This document shows positions 9,095 through 17,786 of a stretch of 64,000 nt of DNA, one piece after another; within the stretch, counting starts at the first letter, position 1, and every line of letters begins with the position of its first letter. Below the pieces are notes generated by a model. The model had not been told where the DNA came from and did no database searches. It worked only from the letters and a program-made list of their open reading frames with translations. Made by a program: the position numbers and the translations under genes. The DNA comes from a bacterium (GTDB lineage: Bacteria > Patescibacteriota > Saccharimonadia > UBA4664 > JBBRNT01). The stretch is from assembly GCA_043767845.1 (NCBI GenBank), contig JAYUFZ010000016.1, positions 2,523-66,522 of the forward strand. Reading direction: 5' to 3'.

Positions 9095-9967
9095 ATGATA
9101 GAGCTAATGATACCCGAAATACCACTGACACACACCTTATCCAAATCCAAGCGTGAGCAGGACGGCGAGCGCCCCAGCCACGAGGGGATTCCTGCTGTAG
9201 ACAAGGATTCCTTTGAGCTTGACCGCGAGAGCTTCAAGGCTAACTTTGAGGTTGTCCGCGATATGATCGAAGCGGCTCGTAGCGCCGGCAGCCTGGCCGA
9301 GGGCTACAAGAAAGCGCTAGCCTATCGCGCCGAGTGCGGCCATCCGCAGCTCGCTCTCCAAATAGACTTAATGCTGAGCTCCATGACCGTCGGACCGGTC
9401 GACCGTGCCCTGCAACAGCTGCAGGGCGATAAAGAAGCCATAAAACAGCTACCAGTAGAAGAGCGCGATGAGGCACGGACCGAAAACAAGCTCAAGATTG
9501 CCCGGCATAAGCGGGTAATGGTTGGTTTTAATCACGGTATTCGCGAGCTAGTGGCCGAGAACCCACACGCTATGTCGATATCGAGCGTAACCAATTGGTT
9601 AGACCACCCGGATTACGACCGGACTTCATTGGTCGGCACCATCAAGGGCGCTTTTGGCGAGGTCGCCGCTCAAAAGATCCTTTCTGGGGTCAAGGGTGTG
9701 GTGGGCGTGGAGTACGGCAGTGTTGATGATGATCTGGTCGGTAAAGACCTGTGGGTGAAGGATATCAGCGGCAAAGAAATCGGCTTTGACGTTAAAAACA
9801 GTGTGTTGCCACAAGAGAAGACTATAGAGCGAGTAGCGCGCGAGGGTGAGCCAGATCGGATTATTCTCAGATTGGATTCAAATCAACTGATCGATACCGA
9901 CCCGAAGCCTGGCTACGCAGAGACCATCCAGCAGTTAGTAGCGCAAGAATTGGGCTTGACAATATGA
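9095..9967 (+). CDS. hypothetical protein (290 aa)
   Basis: Long ORF. No motif recognised. Confidence 0.4.
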   Translation: MIELMIPEIPLTHTLSKSKREQDGERPSHEGIPAVDKDSFELDRESFKANFEVVRDMIEAARSAGSLAEGYKKALAYRAECGHPQLALQIDLMLSSMTVGPVDRALQQLQGDKEAIKQLPVEERDEARTENKLKIARHKRVMVGFNHGIRELVAENPHAMSISSVTNWLDHPDYDRTSLVGTIKGAFGEVAAQKILSGVKGVVGVEYGSVDDDLVGKDLWVKDISGKEIGFDVKNSVLPQEKTIERVAREGEPDRIILRLDSNQLIDTDPKPGYAETIQQLVAQELGLTI

Positions 9968-10026
9968 CAGTTATGGTGTTTAATGTAATAGTTCATCGCT
10001 ACGCACGGGTTGTCCGTGCTCAAAAG

Positions 10027-10194
10027 CTGAAAGGAGGCAACTAATGCCTGCTACCGAAGCCCCCGCAGATCTCATCTGCGAAGTCGTCACCGTTTTGATG
10101 GCCACCAGCCAGGGCGAGCTGACCGACGACCAACGAGCACTCATGGAAGCGCACATTGCTTCCTGCCCGATCTGTACCGATCGAGCAACTCACT
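10027..10194 (+). CDS. mini zinc-finger peptide with ZAS (zinc anti-sigma, RsrA-like) spacing C12…H37-x3-C41-x2-C44; 55 aa
   Basis: GAAAGGAGG RBS 7 nt upstream. HxxxCxxC plus an upstream Cys at RsrA-equivalent positions. Strong terminator follows. Confidence 0.45.
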
Positions 10195-10209
10195 ACACCC
10201 CGGCCGCCT

Positions 10210-10248
10210 AGGCCTACCCCGTCCGTCCGCTCCGTGCCTTCACCGGTA
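10210..10248 (+). terminator. rho-independent terminator (CGCTCCGT…ACGGAGCG + T-tract)
   Basis: 8-bp perfect stem followed by CTTCTTTTTT. Confidence 0.7.
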
Positions 10249-10307
10249 CGGAGCGCTTCTTTTTTATCTGATAAATCGGCCGCATTAGATAAGGCTGTAA
10301 ATACCTA

Positions 10308-11100
10308 TTGACACAAATAACATAGCCTGATACGATCGTAAGCATCAGTTTCGTGGCCCTAACTACGAGATCGATTTTTGACAAGACAGAGAAATCCCCG
10401 GCTTCGGATCAGTGTTTCAAATCAGTTTGAAATAGCGATCCGAAGCTGGAAACACCAGCTCCCAACGAATGAGGTAATGCATGCACGACATGTCCACCTT
10501 CCACTCCTACAAGTTCTGAGCTCCGCGCCGCCGGCGACCCACAAGGTCTGCAGCACCCCGATGAAAGGTAATCATGCCACGAGCACCGAACACCCATCTC
10601 ATCCGCCGCAACACCCCAGCTCCACCGAGCTGAACACCGTCGCCGTCCGTTGACACCCAATTCGTAGTAGTGACCCGGCAATCACGCGGTAAGCTATGAA
10701 GCAAGTGTCCAATGTAAGGAGTATCAAATGCAGGAGATGCAGTAGCCCCGCCGCAAAGACGACAAGAAGAATCGTCTGACCGGAGCCCGGGGCATCTCGT
10801 GACGAATACGCAGTAACCCTAGCTGACAGCAGCAACCTGCGGGTCCACATGAGTTCTGACTTCGTCAGGCTGGCTGGGCGCTCTCGCCCCAATCCCACGC
10901 CTAGAAGCAAGCCATCTGCCCGATTCAAGGGACATTCAACCCTGACTGCTGAGCGTTTGAAGTGCTGCGACGAATATTCGTCAGGATGGGGGCAAGCTGG
11001 TAAGCTTGGGCACGTCGCTTGCGACCATGCTGGGATTCTCTGTCTTGTCTCCCCTCCGCAATTATTCAAAAATCCCTCGCCAATGGCGGGGGATTTTTGT
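10308..11100 (+). other. ~760-nt promoter-to-terminator unit without convincing ORF (candidate structured ncRNA or decayed gene)
   Basis: TTGACA-17-TACGAT at 10308-10336. Nested hairpins at 10395-10450 (GCTTCGGATC…GATCCGAAGC enclosing TTTCAAA…TTTGAAA). Terminator AAAATCCC…GGGGATTTTTG at about 11065-11100. Only short, low-complexity overlapping ORFs. Confidence 0.3.
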
Positions 11101-11283
11101 TACCCGCCTAAACCATTACAATCTTAAAGCCATTGACAAAAGTAGGCAAATATGCTAATATACAGCGCGTTACTCAACTGTACCTCACATCGGGTCTCTA
11201 GCCTCCACTGCTCTGGGTTGTATTCACCTACACCCCAGTACTGTGGAGTCCGCTAGGGACTCCCTCTCCCAGAGGAGAAATAC

Positions 11284-12009
11284 ATGCAGAAGCTCAATTT
11301 CACCGACGTTTTCCCCGATTCGCGCTTTGTGCGCAACGGCGCGTCCCATGAGGACGTCGTCAAAGGCGCGGAGATGGCGCTGGAGCACCGGGCCTTCGTT
11401 CGCGAGTTGACCGATCAGCTCGACGGGCGGATGTACAACACGATCAGCACCTGGGACACCTTCGTCGCCGAGGCCAACACCCAGCTCCACGCTGCACTGG
11501 TAGCCTTCAACCGGGTGGTTATCGCCTGGGAAGACTTCAGAGGCTTCATGCTCACCACCGAAGAACTGAAGACCGCCTCCGAGGCGTTGATCCGCTGCGA
11601 AGCGGCTCGACTCAACCTCACCGGCAGCTACCCAGCTCTCGTTTGCTCCAAGCTCGTCCACAACAAGTTGGCACGGGTCAAAGAGGGTATCCTCCAAGCT
11701 CGCCAGTATGAGCTGGACAAGGCAGAGTATCTTCAAAACGAGCTGCTGGGCATGCAACCCCAATCCGAAAAGCTGGTTGATCAACTGGTCGAACTGGCCG
11801 GCGATCCCCGGCTCACGCACGAATTGCAGGAAATGAGCACCGCACTCTGGACTCGGCTCTACTACGCTTGGAACGCTGCCGAAGAAGGCAAAGTCAAAGA
11901 TCTCTTTGAGCTGAAAAGCATCATCTCTGAGATGGAGCGCTTTGTGCTTAAGATGTCGAACCGCAAGCCGGCGCGGCCGGTCGAGGTGGTTCCCAAGACC
12001 GTCGACTGA
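11284..12009 (+). CDS. hypothetical protein (241 aa), locally GC-rich
   Basis: ORF with GAGGAG RBS. No motif. Confidence 0.45.
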   Translation: MQKLNFTDVFPDSRFVRNGASHEDVVKGAEMALEHRAFVRELTDQLDGRMYNTISTWDTFVAEANTQLHAALVAFNRVVIAWEDFRGFMLTTEELKTASEALIRCEAARLNLTGSYPALVCSKLVHNKLARVKEGILQARQYELDKAEYLQNELLGMQPQSEKLVDQLVELAGDPRLTHELQEMSTALWTRLYYAWNAAEEGKVKDLFELKSIISEMERFVLKMSNRKPARPVEVVPKTVD

Positions 12010-12311
12010 AGCAAGCAGGATCGCATTGCGGTGGCCAAGCCCCAGCGGGTCATCTCGACCCCCTCTCAGCGTGGGCGAGCAGTTGCCAATGCCGGCAAGA
12101 CCTCCGCCCAGCTGGCGGCTCGCGGCAAGAAGAAGTAGCCCCGGCTACACCTCGGCAAATAACACCGCCACTCTCTGGGAGAACCCCCGACCACATGCGC
12201 AAGTGCGTGGTCGGGGCAACCCCTAAGTACGTAACATAAGATTATGGCCTTAGGGGTTGTTTTTGTGTAAGCGGGGGCTCATCGACTATACTGGTGTAAA
12301 CAGGAGGGTTC

Positions 12312-13340
12312 ATGTTAGACGATCAGACTTTTATTGCCAAATACGATGTATCGAACGCGCTGGGGATTATTGGCGGCCAGCCAGATCAGCTTACGCAGGA
12401 CTACGACACCAGCCATATTGAGAAGTTTGAGGTTCGAAACATTGTATTAGCTGGTATGGGCGGTTCGGCATTAGCAGCGGAGTTTACTCGGTCGTGGTTA
12501 TCTGATCGCCTGCCTGTGCCATTCGTGATTGACCGCGACTACAATGACCCGGGTTTCGTGAACGAGAATACTCTCTTTATCGCTTCCAGTTATTCTGGCA
12601 ACACCGAGGAAACCATCTCGGCTCTCGAGCAAGCGGCTGCCAAAAAGGCTCATATTGTCATCCTGACGGCTGGCGGTAAGGAAGAAGAGATAGCAAAGGA
12701 GAAGAATTACCCCCTGCTGCTCACACCAAGTGGCCTCCAGCCGCGTCTAGCGGTTCTCTACGGCGTGAAAGCCCTCTGCCAGCTCTTTGATACACTTGAG
12801 CTCACCAAGGGCGCTACAGACGAGCTGATGGCCGGTGGCGAGTGGGCTAAGGCTCACATAGACACCTGGGTGGCTACGGCTCCTGCTGTTGGCAATGTGG
12901 CCAAGCAGATCGCCCAGGCCCTCTTTGGCTCGCCAGTCGTGGTTTACGGTGGCCCGAGCCTAGCTATGCCAACCATGAAGTGGAAGATCGATATCAATGA
13001 AAATGCTAAGAACGTGGCCTTCTACAATATTTTGTCCGAGCTCGACCATAATGAGTTTCAGGGTTGGATATTCCCCGAGCGCAAGCAGCTTAAAGTTGTA
13101 GAGTTGCAATCATCGTTTGATAATGATCGGATCAAGAAGCGCTTCGAGGTTACTAACAGGTTACTGAGCGGCCATATGCCGGCGCCAATCATCGTGCAGG
13201 CGATAGGTGAGAGCAAGCTAGAGCAAATGCTCTGGACACTTTTATTAGGGGATTTTGTGAGCGCCTACCTGGCTTTCCTAAATGGAATTGACCCGACGCC
13301 GGTAAAGCTCGTAGAGCAACTCAAGAAAGATCTCGGCTAG
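12312..13340 (+). CDS. bifunctional phosphoglucose/phosphomannose isomerase (SIS-domain, archaeal-type PGI/PMI)
   Basis: N-terminal SIS region VRNIVLAGMGGSALAAEF and overall pattern of the PGI/PMI family. Confidence 0.6.
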   Translation: MLDDQTFIAKYDVSNALGIIGGQPDQLTQDYDTSHIEKFEVRNIVLAGMGGSALAAEFTRSWLSDRLPVPFVIDRDYNDPGFVNENTLFIASSYSGNTEETISALEQAAAKKAHIVILTAGGKEEEIAKEKNYPLLLTPSGLQPRLAVLYGVKALCQLFDTLELTKGATDELMAGGEWAKAHIDTWVATAPAVGNVAKQIAQALFGSPVVVYGGPSLAMPTMKWKIDINENAKNVAFYNILSELDHNEFQGWIFPERKQLKVVELQSSFDNDRIKKRFEVTNRLLSGHMPAPIIVQAIGESKLEQMLWTLLLGDFVSAYLAFLNGIDPTPVKLVEQLKKDLG

Positions 13341-13530
13341 AGCTTCGGTACAGCCCTGCCACAGACACCCAAAACCCCCGCTGGTAGCGGGGGTTTTGGG
13401 GTGGAAAAGATCTGATCTTGTTCAGCATAACAATTACCATCCTCTAATCTGTTGAACACTTATGCTATCAGATTGGAAAAGGTCAGACCTCTTGGCGGTT
13501 ATGCTAGGATGTTGCGCAAGGCCTAGCGAG

Positions 13531-14262
13531 CTAGTCCCGCTTGCCAATAGCGGCGACCATTAGACCGAAGCCGGCTTTGTCGCGGCGGAAGCTGTGTAGG
13601 CTGACGTCTTCCATGCTGCAGCGCAGGTCGCGCTCGATCTGCTGTTTTGGGACGCCAGCGGCCAGCACTTGATCATAAACAGCTAGCGGATTGTCGATGT
13701 AGACCTTGGTCGGGTCGAGATGGGGGGCTTTGTACTTGGCAGCGAAGGGAGCGGCCAGTTCTTTGCCGAATTCGTAGCATTTGGCGCAGGCGCCAGGACC
13801 TTGGTAGATAAAACAGTCGGCCGGGTTGACCTTGTACTCTTTTTTCAGCGCGGCAAACATTGCAGGGATGGCGCCAGCCAGCGTACCTTTCCAACCCGAA
13901 TGGGTGGCGGCGATGGCGCCAGTTTTGGGGTCGTAGGCGAGGATGGTAACGCAATCCGCCGCTGTTACGCCAATTAACAGATCGGGCTTGTCGGTAATCA
14001 GCCCATCAACCTCGGTCTTACTCCGGACACCCACATACTCATCGATTCGCTCAATGGCGGCACCATGTGTTTGCTCGGCAATGATAAATTGGCCGTACTT
14101 GAAGCCGAGGTTTTCGGCGATCAGCGTGCGGTTCTGGATTGCCCGCGGGTAGTCCCAAGGTTTTACTTGGTCGTGGAGGCGACTTTTGGGGTCACGCAGG
14201 CTGAGACCGGCAGTGACTTTAGGGAATTGTTCAAAGATGGGTGGACGGAATAGCTGCATCAT
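13531..14262 (-). CDS. YfiH/PgeF-family (DUF152, laccase-domain) protein, paralog 1
   Basis: EQTHGAAI, ATHSGWKG, CAKCYEFG motifs. Confidence 0.7.
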   Translation of the reverse strand: MMQLFRPPIFEQFPKVTAGLSLRDPKSRLHDQVKPWDYPRAIQNRTLIAENLGFKYGQFIIAEQTHGAAIERIDEYVGVRSKTEVDGLITDKPDLLIGVTAADCVTILAYDPKTGAIAATHSGWKGTLAGAIPAMFAALKKEYKVNPADCFIYQGPGACAKCYEFGKELAAPFAAKYKAPHLDPTKVYIDNPLAVYDQVLAAGVPKQQIERDLRCSMEDVSLHSFRRDKAGFGLMVAAIGKRD

Positions 14263-15491
14263 TATTCGTATCTCAAAGCCTCAATTGGCCGTTTACGTGC
14301 TGCTTTTATGGCTGGTGCCAGGCCAAATATGATGCCAATGGCGACTGAAACGCCAAAGGCCAGGGCAATTGTCGGGACGGTGAAGACTGGCGTGACGCCA
14401 GCGAGGCGACCTACTAATGTTCCTTGGCCATAGGCGGCCGCGATACCAAGCAGACCACCAAAGAGGCTAATCATTATGGCCTCGATGAGGAACTGCAGGG
14501 CGATAGTTAGGCGGGTGGCGCCAAGGGCCTTTCGGATACCAATTTCACGGGTGCGTTCAGTGACGGTGACCAGCATCATGTTCATAATACCAATCCCGCC
14601 CACAATGAGGGCGATGGAGGCGATTGCCGCCACAAAGCTGCTCAACAGGTCTAGTATACCACCAACTGTCGAAACCAGGTCAGCTTGGGTCAGAACACTG
14701 AAGTCTTCCTGGCCGCCGTGGTTTAGCAGCAAGGCTTTTTTGACGCGCTCGACTGAAGGCTTAATCTGGTCGGAACTGTCGGCCTGGGTGACGATACGCA
14801 TGATCTGTACATTGCCGCCGGTCAGTGTGGTAGCGGTGTCGATCGGCATGTAGACGACGTTGTCGAGACCACCGCCGGTGAGCGATGATGTGCCGGTGTC
14901 GGTTTTAGCAATGACGCCAATGACTGTCAGGTCGGTAGTGCGGATTTTGATCTTCTCGCCGACGGCCTTTTTGTCGCCGAAGAGCTCGTCTTTGGCGTCG
15001 CTACCGAGCACTACCAGGTTTTTGGTTGTTTCGGCCGGCCAGAAGAAGCGGCCTTCGCTGAATTTCTGCTGACGGACCAGGTTGTAATCTGGAGTTGTGG
15101 CCAGAATGAGCGTGCCACTTGCCACAGTGCTTTGGTAGGAGACTACGCCAGAAATGATCGCCATGGGGGCTACGCGGGTAATATGGCTTTGGGCGCCAAT
15201 GGTCGTGACATCGGCCTTAGTAAGGGTCGAGGCGCCAACCCCGGAGGCGAAATTGGTTTGCTTCTTACCCTTGGCGTCGGTGGAGATGGTTTTACCGCTA
15301 GTAACAGTAATAATATTTGTCCCGAGGCCAGTGATCTGATCGGAGACCGACTTTTTGACCCCTTCGCCCACGGCGTTGATCGAGACGACGGCGGCAATGC
15401 CGATAATAATACCGAGCATGGTCAAAAAGGAGCGTAGCTTGGAGTTTTTGATGCTCATAGCCGCCATTTTGATGTTTTCGTAAATCATCAT
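14262..15491 (-). CDS. ABC transporter permease, MacB/FtsX-type with large extracytoplasmic domain
   Basis: N-terminal TM (LRSFLTMLGIIIGIAAVVS), periplasmic domain, C-terminal FtsX 3-TM bundle. ATGA overlap with upstream ATPase gene. Confidence 0.8.
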   Translation of the reverse strand: MMIYENIKMAAMSIKNSKLRSFLTMLGIIIGIAAVVSINAVGEGVKKSVSDQITGLGTNIITVTSGKTISTDAKGKKQTNFASGVGASTLTKADVTTIGAQSHITRVAPMAIISGVVSYQSTVASGTLILATTPDYNLVRQQKFSEGRFFWPAETTKNLVVLGSDAKDELFGDKKAVGEKIKIRTTDLTVIGVIAKTDTGTSSLTGGGLDNVVYMPIDTATTLTGGNVQIMRIVTQADSSDQIKPSVERVKKALLLNHGGQEDFSVLTQADLVSTVGGILDLLSSFVAAIASIALIVGGIGIMNMMLVTVTERTREIGIRKALGATRLTIALQFLIEAIMISLFGGLLGIAAAYGQGTLVGRLAGVTPVFTVPTIALAFGVSVAIGIIFGLAPAIKAARKRPIEALRYE

Positions 15492-16201
15492 AGTCGTCGT
15501 CCTATCTTAGCTTTCGGTGATCTGGGGGCGGTTCCGATAATCTGGCCGTCTTTGACCACGATCGTGCGCTGGGCTTGCTCGGCGAGCTCCGGGTTATGGG
15601 TGATCATGACGATGGTATTGCCGGCTTTATGGAGCTCATGGAGCTTGTCCATAACCACCTTGCTGGACTTGGTATCAAGATTGCCGGTCGGCTCGTCGGC
15701 CAGTATGAGGCTGGGCTTATTGGCTAGTGCCCGGGCAATGGCGGCGCGCTGGGCCTGGCCACCGGAAATCCGGTTTGGTCGGGCCTTGGCCTGTTCCTTG
15801 ATCCCCATTAGGTCGAGCAGTTTCATGGCGCGTTTGCGGCGGGCAGTGGCCGAAAGGCCAGCGTAGATCATTGGCACTTCGATGTTTTGGACTAGGCTCA
15901 GGCGAGTGAGTAGGTTAAAGCTCTGGAAAACAAAGCCGATTTTGTCGCGGCGGATGTGGGCCAGGCCGGCGTCTTTGATGCCGGAGACCAGCTCGCCGTC
16001 GAGTAGGTATTCACCGGAACTTGCTACATCGAGCAGGCCAATAATGTTCATAAGTGTTGACTTACCAGATCCGGAGTGGCCCATGATGGCCACGAATTCG
16101 CCTTTAGCGACACTTAAATTAATGTTTTGAAGGATTGGCGCCTCGTCTGGCGCGGCGTCAGCAAAGCGTTTGGTGATATTTCGGAGTTCGATAACATTCA
16201 T
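15488..16201 (-). CDS. ABC transporter ATP-binding protein (MacB/LolD-like)
   Basis: Walker A GHSGSGKST, signature LSGGQAQRAAIARAL, Walker B ILADEPTGNLD. Start taken at MNVIELRN. Confidence 0.85.
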   Translation of the reverse strand: MNVIELRNITKRFADAAPDEAPILQNINLSVAKGEFVAIMGHSGSGKSTLMNIIGLLDVASSGEYLLDGELVSGIKDAGLAHIRRDKIGFVFQSFNLLTRLSLVQNIEVPMIYAGLSATARRKRAMKLLDLMGIKEQAKARPNRISGGQAQRAAIARALANKPSLILADEPTGNLDTKSSKVVMDKLHELHKAGNTIVMITHNPELAEQAQRTIVVKDGQIIGTAPRSPKAKIGRRL

Positions 16202-16326
16202 GTATCTATTGTACTCTTTTACTCTCAGAAACTGAAAAGTATCAGGAGTGGAACGATTGCACATGTCTGAAATATTCGTTGTACTATATCACTTGACGAT
16301 ATATCAGAAATTGATATAGTAAGCAT

Positions 16327-16671
16327 ATGCACAATCAAAAATTACTCACCCAAGTTTCGTTCTGTATGTTATTAGCCCTGAGCCTCAAGCCGCGGCACGG
16401 CTATGAACTGATGAAACAGATCGAGGTCGATTCCGGAGGCCGGATTAAGCTCGGCCCTGGCGCCCTCTACGGCAATATTAAAGAACTAAGGCAAGCTGGC
16501 CTTATCGAAGAGCTATCCGCCACCACCAGCGAGCAACGCCGCCGCTACTACCAACTAACGGCCAAAGGGCGCGGCCGGCTGCAGCAAGAAATTACTTACT
16601 TCCGGGAAACAGTCAAAATTGCCGAGCAGAGGAATCTGATAATTAAAACAAATGAAGGGACCGTCTCGTGA
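16327..16671 (+). CDS. PadR-family transcriptional regulator
   Basis: LKPRHGYELMKQIEVDSGGRIKLGPGALYGNIKELRQAGLIEE winged-helix PadR pattern. ATATCA-N5-TGATAT palindrome in upstream region. Confidence 0.75.
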   Translation: MHNQKLLTQVSFCMLLALSLKPRHGYELMKQIEVDSGGRIKLGPGALYGNIKELRQAGLIEELSATTSEQRRRYYQLTAKGRGRLQQEITYFRETVKIAEQRNLIIKTNEGTVS

Positions 16672-17717
16672 AAAACCTATCAAAAAGTCTAGGAATCTAT
16701 GAAAGCTTGCTGGATTTGTACCCCGCCAGTTTCAAGCGCCAGTATGGATCGCAGATGATCGAGGCGGCCGATGATATGATCTCCGATGCCGCCGGCATAG
16801 ATCGCATCGGAGTAATGATCAAACTCTACGCCGAGCTACCGGCTAGTATCGCTTACCAAAGGCTGATAGCTGATGGTACACAGATCGCCCGGCGGCCAAG
16901 GCAGGTCGTGCGCCGGATAGTAATTACTAGCTTGGTTGTGCTCACGCCATTCTTTGCCGTGCCAGTTTTCGGCTACTTCCATTTTCACGATGCTTACTTC
17001 CAGCTCTCGGTCGACCGAAACTTCAGCCTGATCTGGCAATTGGCCTTGCCGCTGATCACCGTTTATCTTATAGCCAAGCACCTGATAGGCTGGTCGTTGT
17101 ACTTGAGATCCAAGAGCGGCCGGAGTAATGCCTGGATCAAGAAAGCCTGGCCGCTGGTGGCAGTCGGGTTGATGGCTGTGCCGCTGAGCCTGCTAGCGAT
17201 CTCGACGCTCTATTCCCCAAGCGAGAATCGCTCGATCGTCGCCTCGGCTGTCGCCCAAGCTACCTCTCCCAGTCACGCTTGCCAGGCCTTTCCTTTAGAG
17301 TCAGCAAAGAAGCTACTGGGCAGCAAAGCGGTAATGAATAATGCCCGGCAGTATGGGTCAGGGGAGATTCGTTACGATGGAATATTAAGCGATACACCCG
17401 ATGAAATAGTCAGCAGTTGTAGCTATGCCATCGGATTTGCCTCGCTGATTATCCAGGTCTCAGATCCGAAGAACAGTGCCGCCCAGACTGCTCAGAGGCG
17501 AGATTTCTTCACCAATCTTGCTGCAGTAGAAGAGCCTATCAGGGTCAGCGGTTACGATGGCTTCTACACCGATCCAACGGATAAAAACAAAGCTAGCAAC
17601 AATTCTAATCAACTAACTGAATTGCGGCTGTGGGCCAAGGGGCGCTGGGTTGAGGTAAGCGCCTCGAGTTTAGAAATGGCTATAGGCGCGATCAATGTAG
17701 TTATAAATAATCTCTAA
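16668..17717 (+). CDS. membrane protein co-transcribed with PadR (hypothetical)
   Basis: Overlaps padR stop. Multiple TM segments. Confidence 0.45.
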   Translation: MKNLSKSLGIYESLLDLYPASFKRQYGSQMIEAADDMISDAAGIDRIGVMIKLYAELPASIAYQRLIADGTQIARRPRQVVRRIVITSLVVLTPFFAVPVFGYFHFHDAYFQLSVDRNFSLIWQLALPLITVYLIAKHLIGWSLYLRSKSGRSNAWIKKAWPLVAVGLMAVPLSLLAISTLYSPSENRSIVASAVAQATSPSHACQAFPLESAKKLLGSKAVMNNARQYGSGEIRYDGILSDTPDEIVSSCSYAIGFASLIIQVSDPKNSAAQTAQRRDFFTNLAAVEEPIRVSGYDGFYTDPTDKNKASNNSNQLTELRLWAKGRWVEVSASSLEMAIGAINVVINNL

Positions 17718-17737
17718 AAAGTAAAACCGCCAGGGCG

Positions 17738-17782
17738 GAGCCGAACTTTGAGGGTTCGGTCCGCGGCTGGCGGCGGGTGGTC
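17738..17782. repeat. 45-nt GC-rich nested hairpin CCGCCAGGGCGGAGCCGAACTTTGAGGGTTCGG…CTGGCGG, second copy at 22455-22505
   Basis: Two about 85% identical copies, each directly 3' of a minus-strand stop codon (VWA gene; lipoprotein gene). Confidence 0.6.
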
Positions 17783-17786
17783 TTGG

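Noticed and set aside
10378-11127. Several 65-156-aa ORFs on both strands in the 10.3-11.1 kb interval
   Set aside because: Alternating frames, homopolymeric or low-complexity translations, no RBSs. Interval treated as a non-coding or decayed unit instead.
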